Below, piece after piece: positions 39,290-52,408 of a DNA stretch of 64,000 nucleotides (position 1 is the first letter of the stretch; every line of letters starts with the position of its first letter). The notes under the pieces were generated by a model that had not been told where the DNA came from, ran no database searches, and was given only the letters and a program-made list of their open reading frames with translations. A program made the position numbers and the translations under genes. This DNA comes from Lama glama. Its lineage: Eukaryota. The stretch covers positions 52,144,001 to 52,208,000 of the forward strand of contig CM052816.1 in NCBI GenBank assembly GCA_028534125.1. Reading direction: 5' to 3'.

Positions 39290-41310
39290 TTCTTTATTTA
39301 AGTGGTTCTACAGTCTTTTTAAAATATGCATGTGTGCATGTGTGTATATCTATGATTATATTAAGTACATAAACAAAATCATCAAATCATCATCCACACT
39401 TGTGGTGTTCTGTCTTTCCCATTTTCTTTGCTTGACTCCCCATTCCTCCTTTTTTCTCTTTCCTTATCACCTCACTCCCAGCCCATGTTAACAGCCTATA
39501 ATGAATCTTTAATTTTTTTCATGTTCATATGGTCATACACAATTATGTCATACACACACACTCACACATGCATTGCTTTATAAAAATGGGGTGACTTTAG
39601 ACAAACCTTCCCGCATCTTGTTTTCTTCACTAAGTAATCACTCTTAGAAATCCTCCATATAGTTACCTAGCTACCACTCATTCTTTTTAATGGCTGAAAA
39701 AATATTCATAGTATGTAAAAGCCAAAATTTATTCAACCAATTTTTTTTACTGTTGGTTATTCATTTGGTGTTAACATTTTGCCACATATTGTTTCATAGT
39801 ATTTTTATCTAAAAAATTACAAATACAATTGTATACTGCACACATCCCTCTTCAGCCATATTCATCTCTCTACCATCTTCAGAAGTAAACAGTACCTTTA
39901 ATTTGGTGTAGAGTACCACCATGTATGTCTTTATACTTTACAATGTATTTTAGCATCTTTACACAATACATTGTATTATTTCATGTCCTAAATTTTATGT
40001 AAGTGGCACTTTACTATACCTGTCCTTCTACAACTTGCTTTTGCACTCAGTATTATATTTCTAAGATCTGATTTCAAAATGTTTAACTGCTGCCAATTTA
40101 ACTGCTTATATTTTTGAGCAAATTTTTAGGATTTGCTTTTCAAATTTAATTCACCTGAACTATTCTGGGGGGATGGTATGAAGTTAGAAATACAATTTTA
40201 TTTTCCATATGATTATCAATTAATGATCAAGCACCATTTATAGACCATTCCATCTTTTCCTATTGATTTATAATGCTGCCTCCAATGCACATCATATTTC
40301 TATATATGTGTGATCCTGTTTCTGGCTTCTACCTTGTTCCATTGATTTTTTGTTTTCCTCTGTCCTTATATGAGGATCACAGTATTGTAATTTCCATGGC
40401 TTAGTCTCTGTGGCAAGTCCCCTACTTTGTTTTGCAAGATTGTCTTGGCTACTCCTTGGCTTTTGGTTTTCTTTATAAATTTTAAGTTCATTTTATCAAG
40501 TTCCAAAAAAACCTTATTGGGATTTTGATATGCAATGAATTAATTTAGAGAGAAATGGTATCTTAAAAAAATCAAGATACCCCATTGTTAAGCATAATTT
40601 CTCTATTTATTCATGTCTTTTATACCTAACAACACTGTTCTGTCATTTTCTTTATATATCTTTGGTTGTGCTCACTCATAGATATGTTATACATTAATAC
40701 TATTGTGAAGTGAATCTTTTCTTCTACTGCATTTACTAAAAGGCTATCAACTGGGGTACATGAACCTAAATTTTGACACGTAGCAGCTGTGCTGAACACG
40801 CTTTTCTTGTATTGCCCACGTATGGATTAATATCATCTGCAAGAAGAAAAAAGATTGTGTGGTCTCTCCCATACAATTTCTCTTTTTCATTTCTTTTTCC
40901 TGTCTCATTATACTACTGGCTAAGACCTTGTGCTAAACAAAGAAAATGCTAACAGGTATCCTTTGTTTTCTTACTGACACTAACAGGAATGTTTCTGAAG
41001 TTTCAACTCTGAAGTATGATGTTTGCTGTGGGCTTTAGAACAAATGACTTTTTAGCCCAAAGTTTGGTAAGTTTCCAAGTTTTAGCAAAAACAAACAAAA
41101 AAATAACTCAAAAAGGATTGTTGATTCTTACCTAATGCTGTTCCTACAGGTGTTAAAATGATCATACAGTTTCCTCTCACTTAATCTCCTAAAATATTAT
41201 TCATACTTTCTGATGCTGATTGATCCTTGCACTCCTGGAACATATCATACTTGTCATGATGTTCTATGCTGCTTAAATAAAGTTATCAACTTGATTTCCT
41301 AGTGTTTTTT
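39290..41310 (-). mobile_element. Old degraded L1 (L1M/ME) ORF2 and 3'-UTR
   Basis: Degenerate antisense ORF2 motifs (attgtcttggctactccttggc, atcatctgcaa, gatgtttgctgtggg). Confidence 0.65.
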
Positions 41311-44300
41311 TCCCCCAGAAAATCTGTGCCAGCATACCTAGTTCCAAAGTCTCTTTCTGTTCTACTGCAAGACTAGACAGGCATAAGCTGATTCAGGAAG
41401 AAATCTAAGAGGGAGGATTTTCTCCCATCTGTGATGCTGGAGAGGATTTTTCCACCTTAATACAGTAGAGAGAGTACCAGACTATTATAAATCTCATAGC
41501 GTTTTTTATCTTCCTGTAGACTCCCTTAATACTTGGATTTTTAGAAGCCTGCTGAAAAGTTACTTAGCAACTCAAAAAAGCAACGAATGACCTTACATGA
41601 GTTCCAAACTGTTTTTGTACAACTTCCTAGAGTGAACACAGGAGGCAGTTGGTAACTCAATTACTGCTCTAATTAACATTTTGTTTGAGAAGCATAAAAG
41701 GATTTAGAAACCCATTAAATTTGATAAAAATGGATTTGTCAATTATCCTTGAGGCTTTCATGGAAGCATTACAAGAGCGTTAAATTCAAAGTTCTACAAT
41801 CTATATTAAATATCCTCATTTTTTCCCCACAAACTGGAATGGAGCTTTATGTAAAATCTCCTGTGTTTCCCTAGATTTCTTAATTGAATAAAGTTATGGT
41901 AAAATCAAATCACTGTATCTTTGAAACAAAAGTCTACTTGAAACACTGTATACATAATGAGTAATATCCAACCAGAATTTTGCCAAACTAGATTTTAGTA
42001 AAATTTCCAGATTAAACAGAGAACTGTCAATCTTGGTTCCCTGAGACTATAGTCTGTGAAATCAGAATCACCTGCAACACATATTAAACGCACAGAGGCC
42101 ACACCCCAAGTGTGTTCAATCTGAATTCAGCAGGAATCTGGAGGAGCGGGGGCACATTCATTTTCAACAGGATTTTGGTGTGATTAACTTTTAAAAATCA
42201 AGGAAATTAACTATGGTCATATAATTGACCAAGGACTTAAAAAATTATTAAAAAAAAACCACACAAAAAAAACACCCTCTCCTTCCCACCCTCTATAGAG
42301 GATGCGATCAGGGGCTGAAGCCTTATGAATGGAAAGAAGGCTGAACAGAGGCGATGCTCCTCCATGTGCCTGGGGTGGCAACCACCCTTCCGTGCTGGAT
42401 GGAGCACTAACGTCAGGATGTGAGTCTCGGTCATTACATGGCGGGTGTCAAGTTGCACTGTTTAAAGATTTCCAATTTTAAAAAGTCCTTTTCATATATT
42501 ACATGTCTCTCTGTTGTCAAATATATCGTTTTTGAAAAACTAAAAGGTGGTAAAACTCTCAACAAGTGTGAAGCCCACACTAAAAAAAAAAGGAGAGGGG
42601 GACTTTACACTCAGTATCCTTTAATGTCAACTTGGACATAAAACCGGTGACTCTTTGGTGGTGAGTAACAAACTACCTACGAAGATTTTGGACTACTGTT
42701 CAATTGTGACCAAACAATGTCAGCTTACCAACTTTATGATCTATGCTGACTTTAGAAGCTGTACTTTTTATAGATAAAAAGAGCCTTGTTAAAGGCTGAA
42801 AATCAAACTCAAGTTCTCTTCTGACAGTGTACTTACTGATGATAGTAACACTGCTAACTGAGTTCCAAGCTTAGTTGAGTGATTAATTCTCTTCTCTAAG
42901 GATAGAATGCAACAGAGATCTAGACTGAATAAGGCAGACCATGTAACATAGTTACAATGTCTCTACATTAGAATTAGTATGAAATTCATTAATTTTATCA
43001 CTGCTTACGATAGGGAACTATCACTATTTTCTTAGAAGACTAAAGGCATGGTGTCAAATTATAAAGATAACCACTAGAACAAAAACATCAGAATACTCCA
43101 TAAGAACAGTAAGGAAAACAGACCACATTGTGAAAGATTCTTTAAAAGACAGAAAGATAGAAAATAAAATGTGGACAAACTAAAATCAAATATATCTGCC
43201 ATACTGACAAATATAAATGGGCTGATAAACTCACCGATTTAGAGAAAATTACCCTCAGAATGTATTACAAAGAAGAAAAACCTATGCTACAAGCATGAGC
43301 AAAACTTAAAATTCAGAAAGATGAGAAATAAAAGGATGGCTGAAGAACACTGCCCAGATGGATAATTAGGCTAATGCAAATAAAAAGAAAGCATGGGACA
43401 AGATTTTGTTATCAGGCAAGATAAAATTCAAAACAGACAAAAAGCATTAAGCAAGACAAAGAGAGGTACTTTATAATAAAGAAGACAAGATGGAAGAAAA
43501 GCTTTCTATCCCACATCCTTAAAAGAGTTTTAGATTGTTGAACCGTTGGGACATACTACTTATTTAAAAAATAAAAGTGTTTATTCAGAAGAGAGAAAAA
43601 AGGAAAGAGCAGATTTCAGGATTTACACAGGAGCTCCCAGATGTTTGTCACTTCCCTGGACTTGAACCTGGGAGGCTAGGAGTCCAAGGAACAGAGTAGC
43701 TGCAGCCATCCTGCCACCTTGTGGAACATGAGATAAAGGCAAACACAAGAGGGAGGGACAAGGAGAAGAGCCCCTAAATCCAGCCATGCCCAACCCCAGC
43801 CTACCTTTGAACTTTTCATTCATTTCATTCATTTTCATTCACTTACATGAGCCAATATGTTCGTTTTCAACTTTTAAAAATTCATTAAGGACTCACTAGA
43901 AAGTACTGGGCTTTCAAAAGGAAAAAAGGGTCCTTTGCTGTCCAGAGAAGAAAGTGGACACAATCACACAGGTAACGTCTTAGAAAGATGGCAACCTCTA
44001 CTGCTGGCCAAATGGCCAGTTTGATTTCGGCTGGTGAGTCTGCTTCAGACCAAACCAACAGGGGGACAGACTACAAGTCAGAGAGTCTAGAAACCAGGAA
44101 GACCCCTCCTCCCACACTTCCCCACCAAGCAGAGGTCCAGGGACCTTAGCCAAGTCACCACTGGGGGCTAGAAACCAAGAGCAGATTTAGGGCCAAGGCC
44201 CCTGCAGGATTAGAGAGACCTGAGGTGAAGGGACACTGGGACCCAGAGACAGGCCTGCTGGGGAGCGGGAGGAAGGACCGAGCATTTCCTCACTTGCTGT

Positions 44301-45539
44301 GCAAACTCCACAGGGCCTCAGACTGAGGAGGCCTCCGGCCCAGGAATAACCAAGGCCAGCACGCCTGGCAGCTGTGACGCTCAAAAGACCAAGAACTATA
44401 AGAGGTATTATCTTTTTTTTTGTGAAAAAGTCATCATCATCATTCTTTATCTGACTTCCTCAGAGAACATCAGAGGGGGAGGGTCTATCTTACCCACTGA
44501 AACACTGTGTAAGTCCCTTTTTCCTTTTCTCTCCAAATTCTCTCATACTTCGTGGCTGCTCTGGAGTCTCTCTTCATGCGTCACCCCCAAAAATTACTCT
44601 CTTGTAATTCTTAGTTTTTTTAAAATTAATTTATTAAAAAAATTTAAAGTAGCTTTATGTTAGGAGATATTATCGTAAGGTAAGAAGCCAACACCAGGTA
44701 AACTCAGGTAAAACTTCCTCTGGCTCTTTCTAATCAAAAGATTAGAAGGTTTTTTGCTTTTTTTTTAGAGTGGTTGCTACTTTAAAAAAATAAAAATAAG
44801 AAAATAACGCCCCATCAAAAAATTTCTAATCTGTCTTGGCAAACCTGACAGGCAAGTATCTCTGTCTGCAATGAGGTCAGGAAAACTAAGAGGATTAGCG
44901 TACTCAAACTTGGGAAACCAAAGGGAAGGGAAACGGTGAAGGGGGAGGGAATGAAGGCAGAAAGCCCAAGGGCCTAGACAAGCCATCACTTCTGCCTGTA
45001 CTCATGGCCTCCCACTTCTTCTTCCTTGATCCCGGAAATCTCTAAGGACAAACTCCCTTGTAACAACATTTTAAAACCTCCATTCTCGCTTAATCTGTCA
45101 GCCCATCCTAATCCTGGGTCTTTTTCCCACCCAGGTCCACATACCGTGCCCCCAGGCCTGTGCGCACTTTCTTACTTAACAAGCCCGCCAAGACTTACCT
45201 CCTCTAAGATGCTTTCCCAGAAGAATAACCACATGGCTAGGACAGCCTGTACCTTCCACTGGACACGTGGGACTGCGGTTTGTAAAATAATACCTTCAGA
45301 AATAAAGCTACTTTGTTTGAGCACACATGCTTCTTGTCAGAAACTTTACTGCTAGAGATAGAAATCCAAGCTATAATATGCATTATAAAGGAATGAAAGC
45401 TTCATGGAATATTAACCAGAATAATGTCGGCTGTGCTATAAAACATGACTCCTTCTGAAGTCCAGAAGCAGAGGTGAAGGAAGGGACTGGCTGCTTCTTT
45501 GTGTGTTTTCCCCAAGAAGTCGTTATAACCTAATGGTTC

Positions 45540-45770
45540 AAAGCCAGGAAGGATGGACCAAATCGCAGTTCTGCCACTTACTAGCTGTTTAATCCCAGAC
45601 TTCACATCTCGCTGCCTCAGTTTCCTGGAAATCTGTATGAAAAGAATAGTAACTCCCTCACAGGGTGTTGGTGAAGATTAAATCACCCAATAAATATAAA
45701 GCCCTTAGAGCAGCACCTAATACATAGTGTTAGCCACTGCAATTATTATTAATACTATTACTGCTACTTA
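45540..45770 (+). mobile_element. MIR SINE
   Basis: ctgccacttactagctg...gcctcagtttcc...cagggtgttggtgaagattaaat. Confidence 0.75.
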
Positions 45771-46094
45771 AGAATGAAAAATAGTAGTCATGCTCAAAGG
45801 AAGAGGGGAAAAGGGAAAGAGCGTTAGCACAGACATAATCGGGCAGGACAGACACAAAGAAAAGAGCATGTCAGCAATGAGAAATACTCTCATCAGCTAC
45901 CAAGATGTGTCTCTAACAATACCCTTTTCACTTCAGGGGAACAGAGGATGAAGAGGAGTAAAAGCTAATGTGGGATTTCAGAAACCACTGCCCCTCTCCA
46001 AAATAACACCTCACCTCCTTTTGATGCCTGAAATGCCTTTAAACAGACACCAAGCATTTTCATTTCACAAGTAGAAACAAAAGAAGCTACTCAA

Positions 46095-46259
46095 GGGGGG
46101 AGGGTATAGCTCAAGTGGTAGACCGCATGCTTAGCATGCACAAGCGCTGGGGTTCAATCCCCAGTATACCCCCTAAAAGTAAATAAATAAACCTAATCAC
46201 CTCTACCCACCCCCCAAAAAAGGGAAAAGACAAATTTGAAAGAAAAGAAAAAAAAAAAA
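46095..46259 (+). mobile_element. vic-1-type SINE
   Basis: GGGGGGAGGGTATAGCTCAAGTGGTAGA...GGTTCAATCCCC; agctactcaa repeat on both sides. Confidence 0.92.
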
Positions 46260-46689
46260 GCAGCTACTCAAAGGTCACTTAAATAGCAGTCTTCAAAGAT
46301 GGGAAGACAAAAGACATAAAAAGGCTTTTCTATATACTAAGGTTATTTTTAAAGTTAAGTATTAGAAAATTTAACAAAAGTTGCTAAATTCTAAAACTGA
46401 TTACCTAAAATGATACCAATTATGCAATATTTATGTGCTTTCCTGAATGTTCCAAATTCCTTAGCTTAATTTCTCTCTCTCATACACACATACACGAGTG
46501 CACACACACGTACAGAATTATCCTTTTTACCTTCATCTCTAATTGGGTCTCTATTAGGAAGAGGTTGGCATGGTAGGTGTTTAAGAGCTCCCATGTGGTA
46601 AATAACTAAATTCTAACATATAAATAACTTCTGACACCCACAAAACACACACACTTTTAAAAATGACATCCTACAACATCAGTGTCCAA

Positions 46690-47950
46690 ATTATCTACTA
46701 ACCTAAGTAGGTCATTTTTCAAAGCTAAACTCAAAATAAAGCCTTTGACATCAACATAATTCAATGCGGTCAGAAGAGTCTTTAAGACAAATGGTGTGGA
46801 AGCAACTATTAGGCAAAGATTTTTTATGACATAAAAGAAACTAAGAAAACTGATAAATTTGATTTCCACCAAAATTAAAACCTTGTGTTCTTCCAAGGTC
46901 ATCAAGAAAATTAAAAGGCAAGCCACAGACTGGGAGAAAATATTCACAATAAACATATCTGACAAAGGATTTGTATTCAGAATATAGAAAGAATTCTTAC
47001 AGCTCACTGATCAGACAAGCAACTCAATTTGTTTAATGGGCAAAAGAAGATATATGAATAGCCAATAAACACATGGAAACATCATTGGTCATCAAAAAAA
47101 AAAGTAAATAAAACCAAAATGAGACACCACTTCACACTCAGTATAACGGCTAAAAATAAAAAGAATGTCAACACCAATCGTTGGCAAAGATGCACAGCAA
47201 CCGCAACTCTCCTACCTGCTGCTGAGAGCATATAATTGGGGAACTACTTTTTTTTTTTTTGCATTTCTAAAACTTTTTATTATTGCTCCCCTTAAGGAAA
47301 CTTTTTAGACATGTTTTCATAAGAGTCCCACACCAGGAAAATTTTAATATCACAGATGTTGTGATATTAAACACTGCATATCTACTTTTAAAAATAGTTC
47401 AGCTGTTTCTTATACAGTTAAAACATACACTTACCCATATAGCCCAGAAATTCCACTCTTAGGTATTTACCCAAAATAAAGACTTAAGTCCATAAGAAAA
47501 CTAGGCTACAGATGTTCTCAGTAGCTTTACTGAAAGTAGCCAAAAAGTCAAATGCTGAGCAAGTGAATGGATAAACAAATTTTGTAGCAATACTACTAAA
47601 CAATACAAAGGAACAAACTACTGATACACTCAACACTGGGTGAATTTCATAGGCTTTATGCTGAAAGGGGCTGGACATAAAAGAGTATATCCTGTAATGA
47701 GTCCATCTATGTGAAATTCTGTAACAGTCTAATCAGATCAGTATTTGTCTGGAGTAGGAGGTGGAGGTGGGGAGAAAAATGACTGCAAAAAGGCATAGGG
47801 AACTTTCTGGGAAGATGGAAATGTTCTATATCTTAACTGGGGTGGTGGTTATATTGATGCATATATTTATCAAAATTGATCTGATTCATACAGTTGAAGT
47901 GTGTAAATTGTATTGCATGTAAATTATACTTGATTTAAGAAGATTAAAAA
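46690..47950 (+). mobile_element. Old L1 (L1MB/MC-like) 3' region
   Basis: aaaaggcaagccacagactgggagaaaatattc...; 3'-UTR gaactttctgggaagatggaaatgttctatatc. Confidence 0.8.
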
Positions 47951-48825
47951 TCAAAGCTTTTGATATTTGCCATATTAATTTATAGCTGAAAATTTTGTAT
48001 TAAAAAAATCTGAACATTTAGACCAACAAATTCCTGTGCATATGTGTAATTCAAATACACTTTTGAATTAAGATTCTAATTCCAGTATTTAGTCACCAAA
48101 AAGCAATGGTGCAGAGAAGTATCTCATTTTGAAGAAAAACATTTAACTTCAAAAAGTACATTCCATATTTAAGTGCGTTGAGATAATCACAGTGTAAATG
48201 CCATCTATTTTATATATATATAATCATCCTAACACGAGGCAGCTTTTTACAGAATAATTTATGCTTCCTGTGGTTCAAAGACATTTTTTTTCAACCATAA
48301 AAATCACCAAGTCATTACCTGACATTATATGCTTTTGAGAAAAAGCAAAAGAAACCCTTCTTTTCTGAGAACTCCATAGGCTTACATAATCCTGAAGAGA
48401 ATGATCAGCATTAAAACATTCTCAGATTACTGGAAATTTGTCTCAAACATTTTCTTCATGCATGATTAAAAGCAGTTTCTCAGTAACAGACACAAAATCA
48501 AGACCATTTCACTTGATCATATGCCTTTTGAGTTCATTAACAAGCTTAAGCCTGCCTCAGGCAACCTAAGGAAAAAAAAAATCTTCCTCAACTAATGTTT
48601 TTCTCCACAAATACTAATTCTGATGTTATCCTCACAAAAAGCCACTTCAAAAAAATTTATCAACAAATTGACAATCTGGAATTCACAGTACAATGAATAA
48701 AAAATTATACACAAATCATACACCAACTAACTGGTGTTTCCTTTTCAGTTCAAGTCAACAAATCTTCACTGTGTAAGTACTACAGGAACAAAAAGAAGAA
48801 AAGAAAAAAGAAGGTCCCTGCCCTA

Positions 48826-49233
48826 TGTTATGGGTTGAGTTGTGTCCTCCTAAAATCTGTACAGAGAAGTCTTAACAACCCCCAGCACCTCAAAATGTGA
48901 CCTTATTTGGAGATAGGGCCCTTACAGAGGTGATCAGGTTGAAGTGAGGTCATTAGGGTGGGCCCTAGTTCAATATGACCAGTGTCTTTATAAAAAAGAG
49001 GAAATTTGGACACAGAGCCACACATAAAAAGAAGACACAGGTAGAAGATGGCTGTCTACAAGCCAAGGAGAGAGGCCCAGGAGATCCTTCCCTCTCAGCC
49101 CTTAGAAGGAACCAACCCTGCCAGAACCTTGATTTTGGATTTCTAGCATCTGGAAGTGTAAAACAATAAATTTCTGTTTTTTAAGCCATCAGTCTGTGGT
49201 ATTTGTTACAGCAGTCCTCACAAACTAAACACA
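48826..49233 (+). mobile_element. MaLR solo LTR (MLT1A/B-like)
   Basis: TG...CA termini, aaatgtgaccttatttgga, ggaaccaaccctgcc, AATAAA. Confidence 0.85.
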
Positions 49234-49669
49234 GCCCTACTAAAAGCCTCAACATCTGCTCAGGACGCTTATAAACAAATCGCTAGAACACCAAGTAGAC
49301 TGAAAGGAATGCTGTGACAGTATCTGCCAATTTCGAGAGTGTAAATATTTCCACCGTGGCTCTTTTAAGCTACCAATGCTTTAACAACCTGAAAGAAAAT
49401 CCCATGGAAATGTACCAATCCATTCTCACAAGCCGCTATAAGCCAGGTCTACCACAGACCAACAATGCAGGCATTAGTAGTTAATATCCACAGGCAATTT
49501 CAATGTTCAGCCAAGGCTAAAACCACAGCGAAAAAGTATATGACAGCTTCATAAAAGCAGTAAGGCTGTTAAAATATAGACTATTTCAGAAGACAGATAT
49601 AGGGAAAACACATGACTAAAAATAGTTAAAGAATGGCAGAAAAACAAGTGATGAATGAAAATAAAAGAG

Positions 49670-49843
49670 TTAACAATTAATGAGCACTTACTGTGTCCAA
49701 GGCACTGCTTTAAACCCATTATAGGTATGAAATAACATAATCCTCACTACTACTCTATGAAAAAGTTCTATTTTTATATACCTTTTATTTACATATATAT
49801 ATGTGTGTGTGTATATGTATACATATATGTGTATACATATATA

Positions 49844-49875
<32 letters not shown>

Positions 49876-50020
49876 TACATATACATACCTGTCTTTGAAT
49901 AAGGAAACAGAGCCAAGGAGAGGTTAATAAGATCCACAGCTAAAAACGAGGGAGCTAAGATTCAAATAGATTGGCACCAAACTCTGTAGTCAGACCACTG
50001 TTCTGTGCCGTTTCTCACTG
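49670..50020 (-). mobile_element. MIR interrupted by a (TA/TG/CA) microsatellite at ~49790-49887
   Basis: tgagcacttactgtgtcc...aaggaaacagagcc. Confidence 0.7.
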
Positions 50021-51309
50021 TACTTGACATATTCAGAACATGATAATCAATCTAGTGCAACTAGAACCCAGAGGTAAGGACTAGGGACCAGACAGTAGGA
50101 AGGATGCCACACCCCTGGCCTCATATGTTACTTTACATAAGCAATGGGTTTGCAACTCAAACTCTTTTAAAATGAAGCAATTTAAACTTCTTGCATAATT
50201 TGTTATTTAAATATGCCAAATCAAATTAGAAAAGTTTGCAAGTGAAAATCTTCCTGTAAAACAAAATCCCCACCTTTGAATTTATCTTGTGCCTAAATTC
50301 TGGTTTTACATACAAGGACTGCTTAGCAGGCAAAAAGCACCTGTGATCACTCAAGAGCAATTAACATGGCCAAGAGCCTCTGAGAAGGAATCCAGGAAAA
50401 TCATACACATTCCCTAAGCCACAAGGAGAATTCTAGAAGAGGCTGCACTCACCAAGCACCTGGGGCAGAGACAGCACCAAACAGAAAAGGCCTACATTTT
50501 CCACTTTTGAGGTTAGAGGAAAGATACCCACGAACACTTCACATCACCATGGCCCGAGGGGATGAATGGATTCCACCACTGTTTCCAACATTCAGCCAGT
50601 ATTTAACTCTGGAATTGTTCTCTCTTTCTAGAGGCATATATTTCAATGTGCACAGGGCCTTGGAACTAAAGTAAGGAAGCCCTTTCCTCTGCAGCCCCAG
50701 GAAAATGACAGAATGTGATGAGAGGCTAAGCTCGGTAACTGTAGCAACAGGTTGGTGGGAGGAGGCAGAATATGACAATCAATCTACAGGCCAGGCTGCT
50801 CCCACTGTTCTCTGGCAGGCAAAGAAACAGGATTTTATTCTGTATGGGTGGGCCACCTTTTGTCTTACTCAATTTAATCACCCACAAGTAAACTCTGTGA
50901 TATCTGAGGGTTGGCAGTTCAGAGTTACATAAAAGACTGTACACTATCCTTACCTGTAAGTCAAGTCATACATAAATCACAGCCTGATTTAGCAACTAGG
51001 AACTGCTCAGACTTAAAAATGGCAGTAACCACTTTACCAAGCACTTCCAAACTCCCAATATTTTAGGCAGAACCAAACTACTAATTACATTCCTACTTGC
51101 AAAAGTTATGTCTGCTTTAACAGTATTAAACACCGGTCACTTTTCAGATAGTTTGCAAAATGAGGTAGAAGAAACTGAGCATCCAAGGAAAAGAGGCAGT
51201 GGTCTGACAATTCAGGTAAACAGTTACTGATTAACAAAAAGTTCTTTAAAGCCAGGATCATGTTAAGAAACATTTTACATCACTACCCAACCCCCACAAA
51301 TAATCACAG

Positions 51310-51760
51310 TGTATTACTCTTCTATTAATAATGTAACAAACTACTACAAACTAAGTGGCTTAAAACAATACACGTTTATTATTTCATAGTTCTGTATGTC
51401 AGAATTCCGACACTGGTCTTGCTGGTCTGAAATCAAGGTGTCAACAAGGCTGTGTTCTTTTCTGGAGGCTCTAGGAGAGAAATCTGGTTCCTTGCCCTTT
51501 CCAATATCTAGAAGCAGTCTACCTTTCTTTTAAGCCAATACTGGCGGTTCAAACACATCACATCACTCTGACTCCTCTTCTGTCTCCCTCTTCCATATTT
51601 AAAGGACTCTTATGATTAACTGAGCCCTCCTAGACAATCCAGGGTACTCTCCCTATCTTAAGGTCAGCTGAGTAGCAACCTTAATTCCTCTTTGTCATTT
51701 AATCTCACATATTCTCAGGTCCCAGTGTTTGGGACATGGTATCTTTGGAGACAGACACAT
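51310..51760 (-). mobile_element. MaLR LTR (MLT1B/C-like)
   Basis: gtggcttaaaacaa...gaaatcaaggtgtc...ggaggctctagg. Confidence 0.8.
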
Positions 51761-52092
51761 ACATATATGCATATAAGCTACTAGACCACCTGTGCCTGTT
51801 TCCTCATTTATAAAATATATAATTTGTAAGTAATATAGTAGTTACTATATAATAACAGTAACTACTTCAAAGGGTTGCTATGAAGATTATAAGAGTTAAT
51901 ATGAGCAACGGTTACAGAATACACCTGGCTTATAGTGTGAGTTTCATTAACTGCTTTTTTTACAAACTCATATCCACCTTTGTTTAAACTGTTCTCTCAC
52001 TGGAGAATATATCTTCCCAACATCTGTCTAGTTAAGTGTTGCCTAAACTTCTAGGCCCTCTCTTGCATGAAGCATCCCTACACTGTGTAAAA

Positions 52093-52408
52093 CTGCACTG
52101 GTCTAATACAGTAACTACTAATCACATGCAGCTACTGAGCCCTTGAAATGTGGTCTGAACTGAGATGTGCTGTTAGTGTAAAATTCACACTGGATTTTAA
52201 AAACTTTGTGAAAATGTAAAGATTTAATGTATAAAAAAGAATGTAACAGAGTTAACATGTTGAAATGATATTTGGGATATAATGAATTAAATTAAATGTA
52301 TTATTAAGGTCATTTTCATCTGTTTCTCTTTAATTTTTAATGTGGCTACCAGAAAGTTTAAAATTACATATATGATTCACAGTATACTTCTATTGAGCAG
52401 TGCTGCTC
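52093..52408. mobile_element. MER3/MER33-like hAT DNA transposon
   Basis: cacatgcagctactgagcccttgaaatgtgg...aatgtggctaccagaaagtttaaaattacata. Confidence 0.75.

Noticed and set aside
46095..46170. tRNA-like sequences (also at 66, 9227, 17581, 20916)
   Set aside because: Diverged, followed by SINE body and A tails with flanking direct repeats; these are SINE heads, not tRNA genes.
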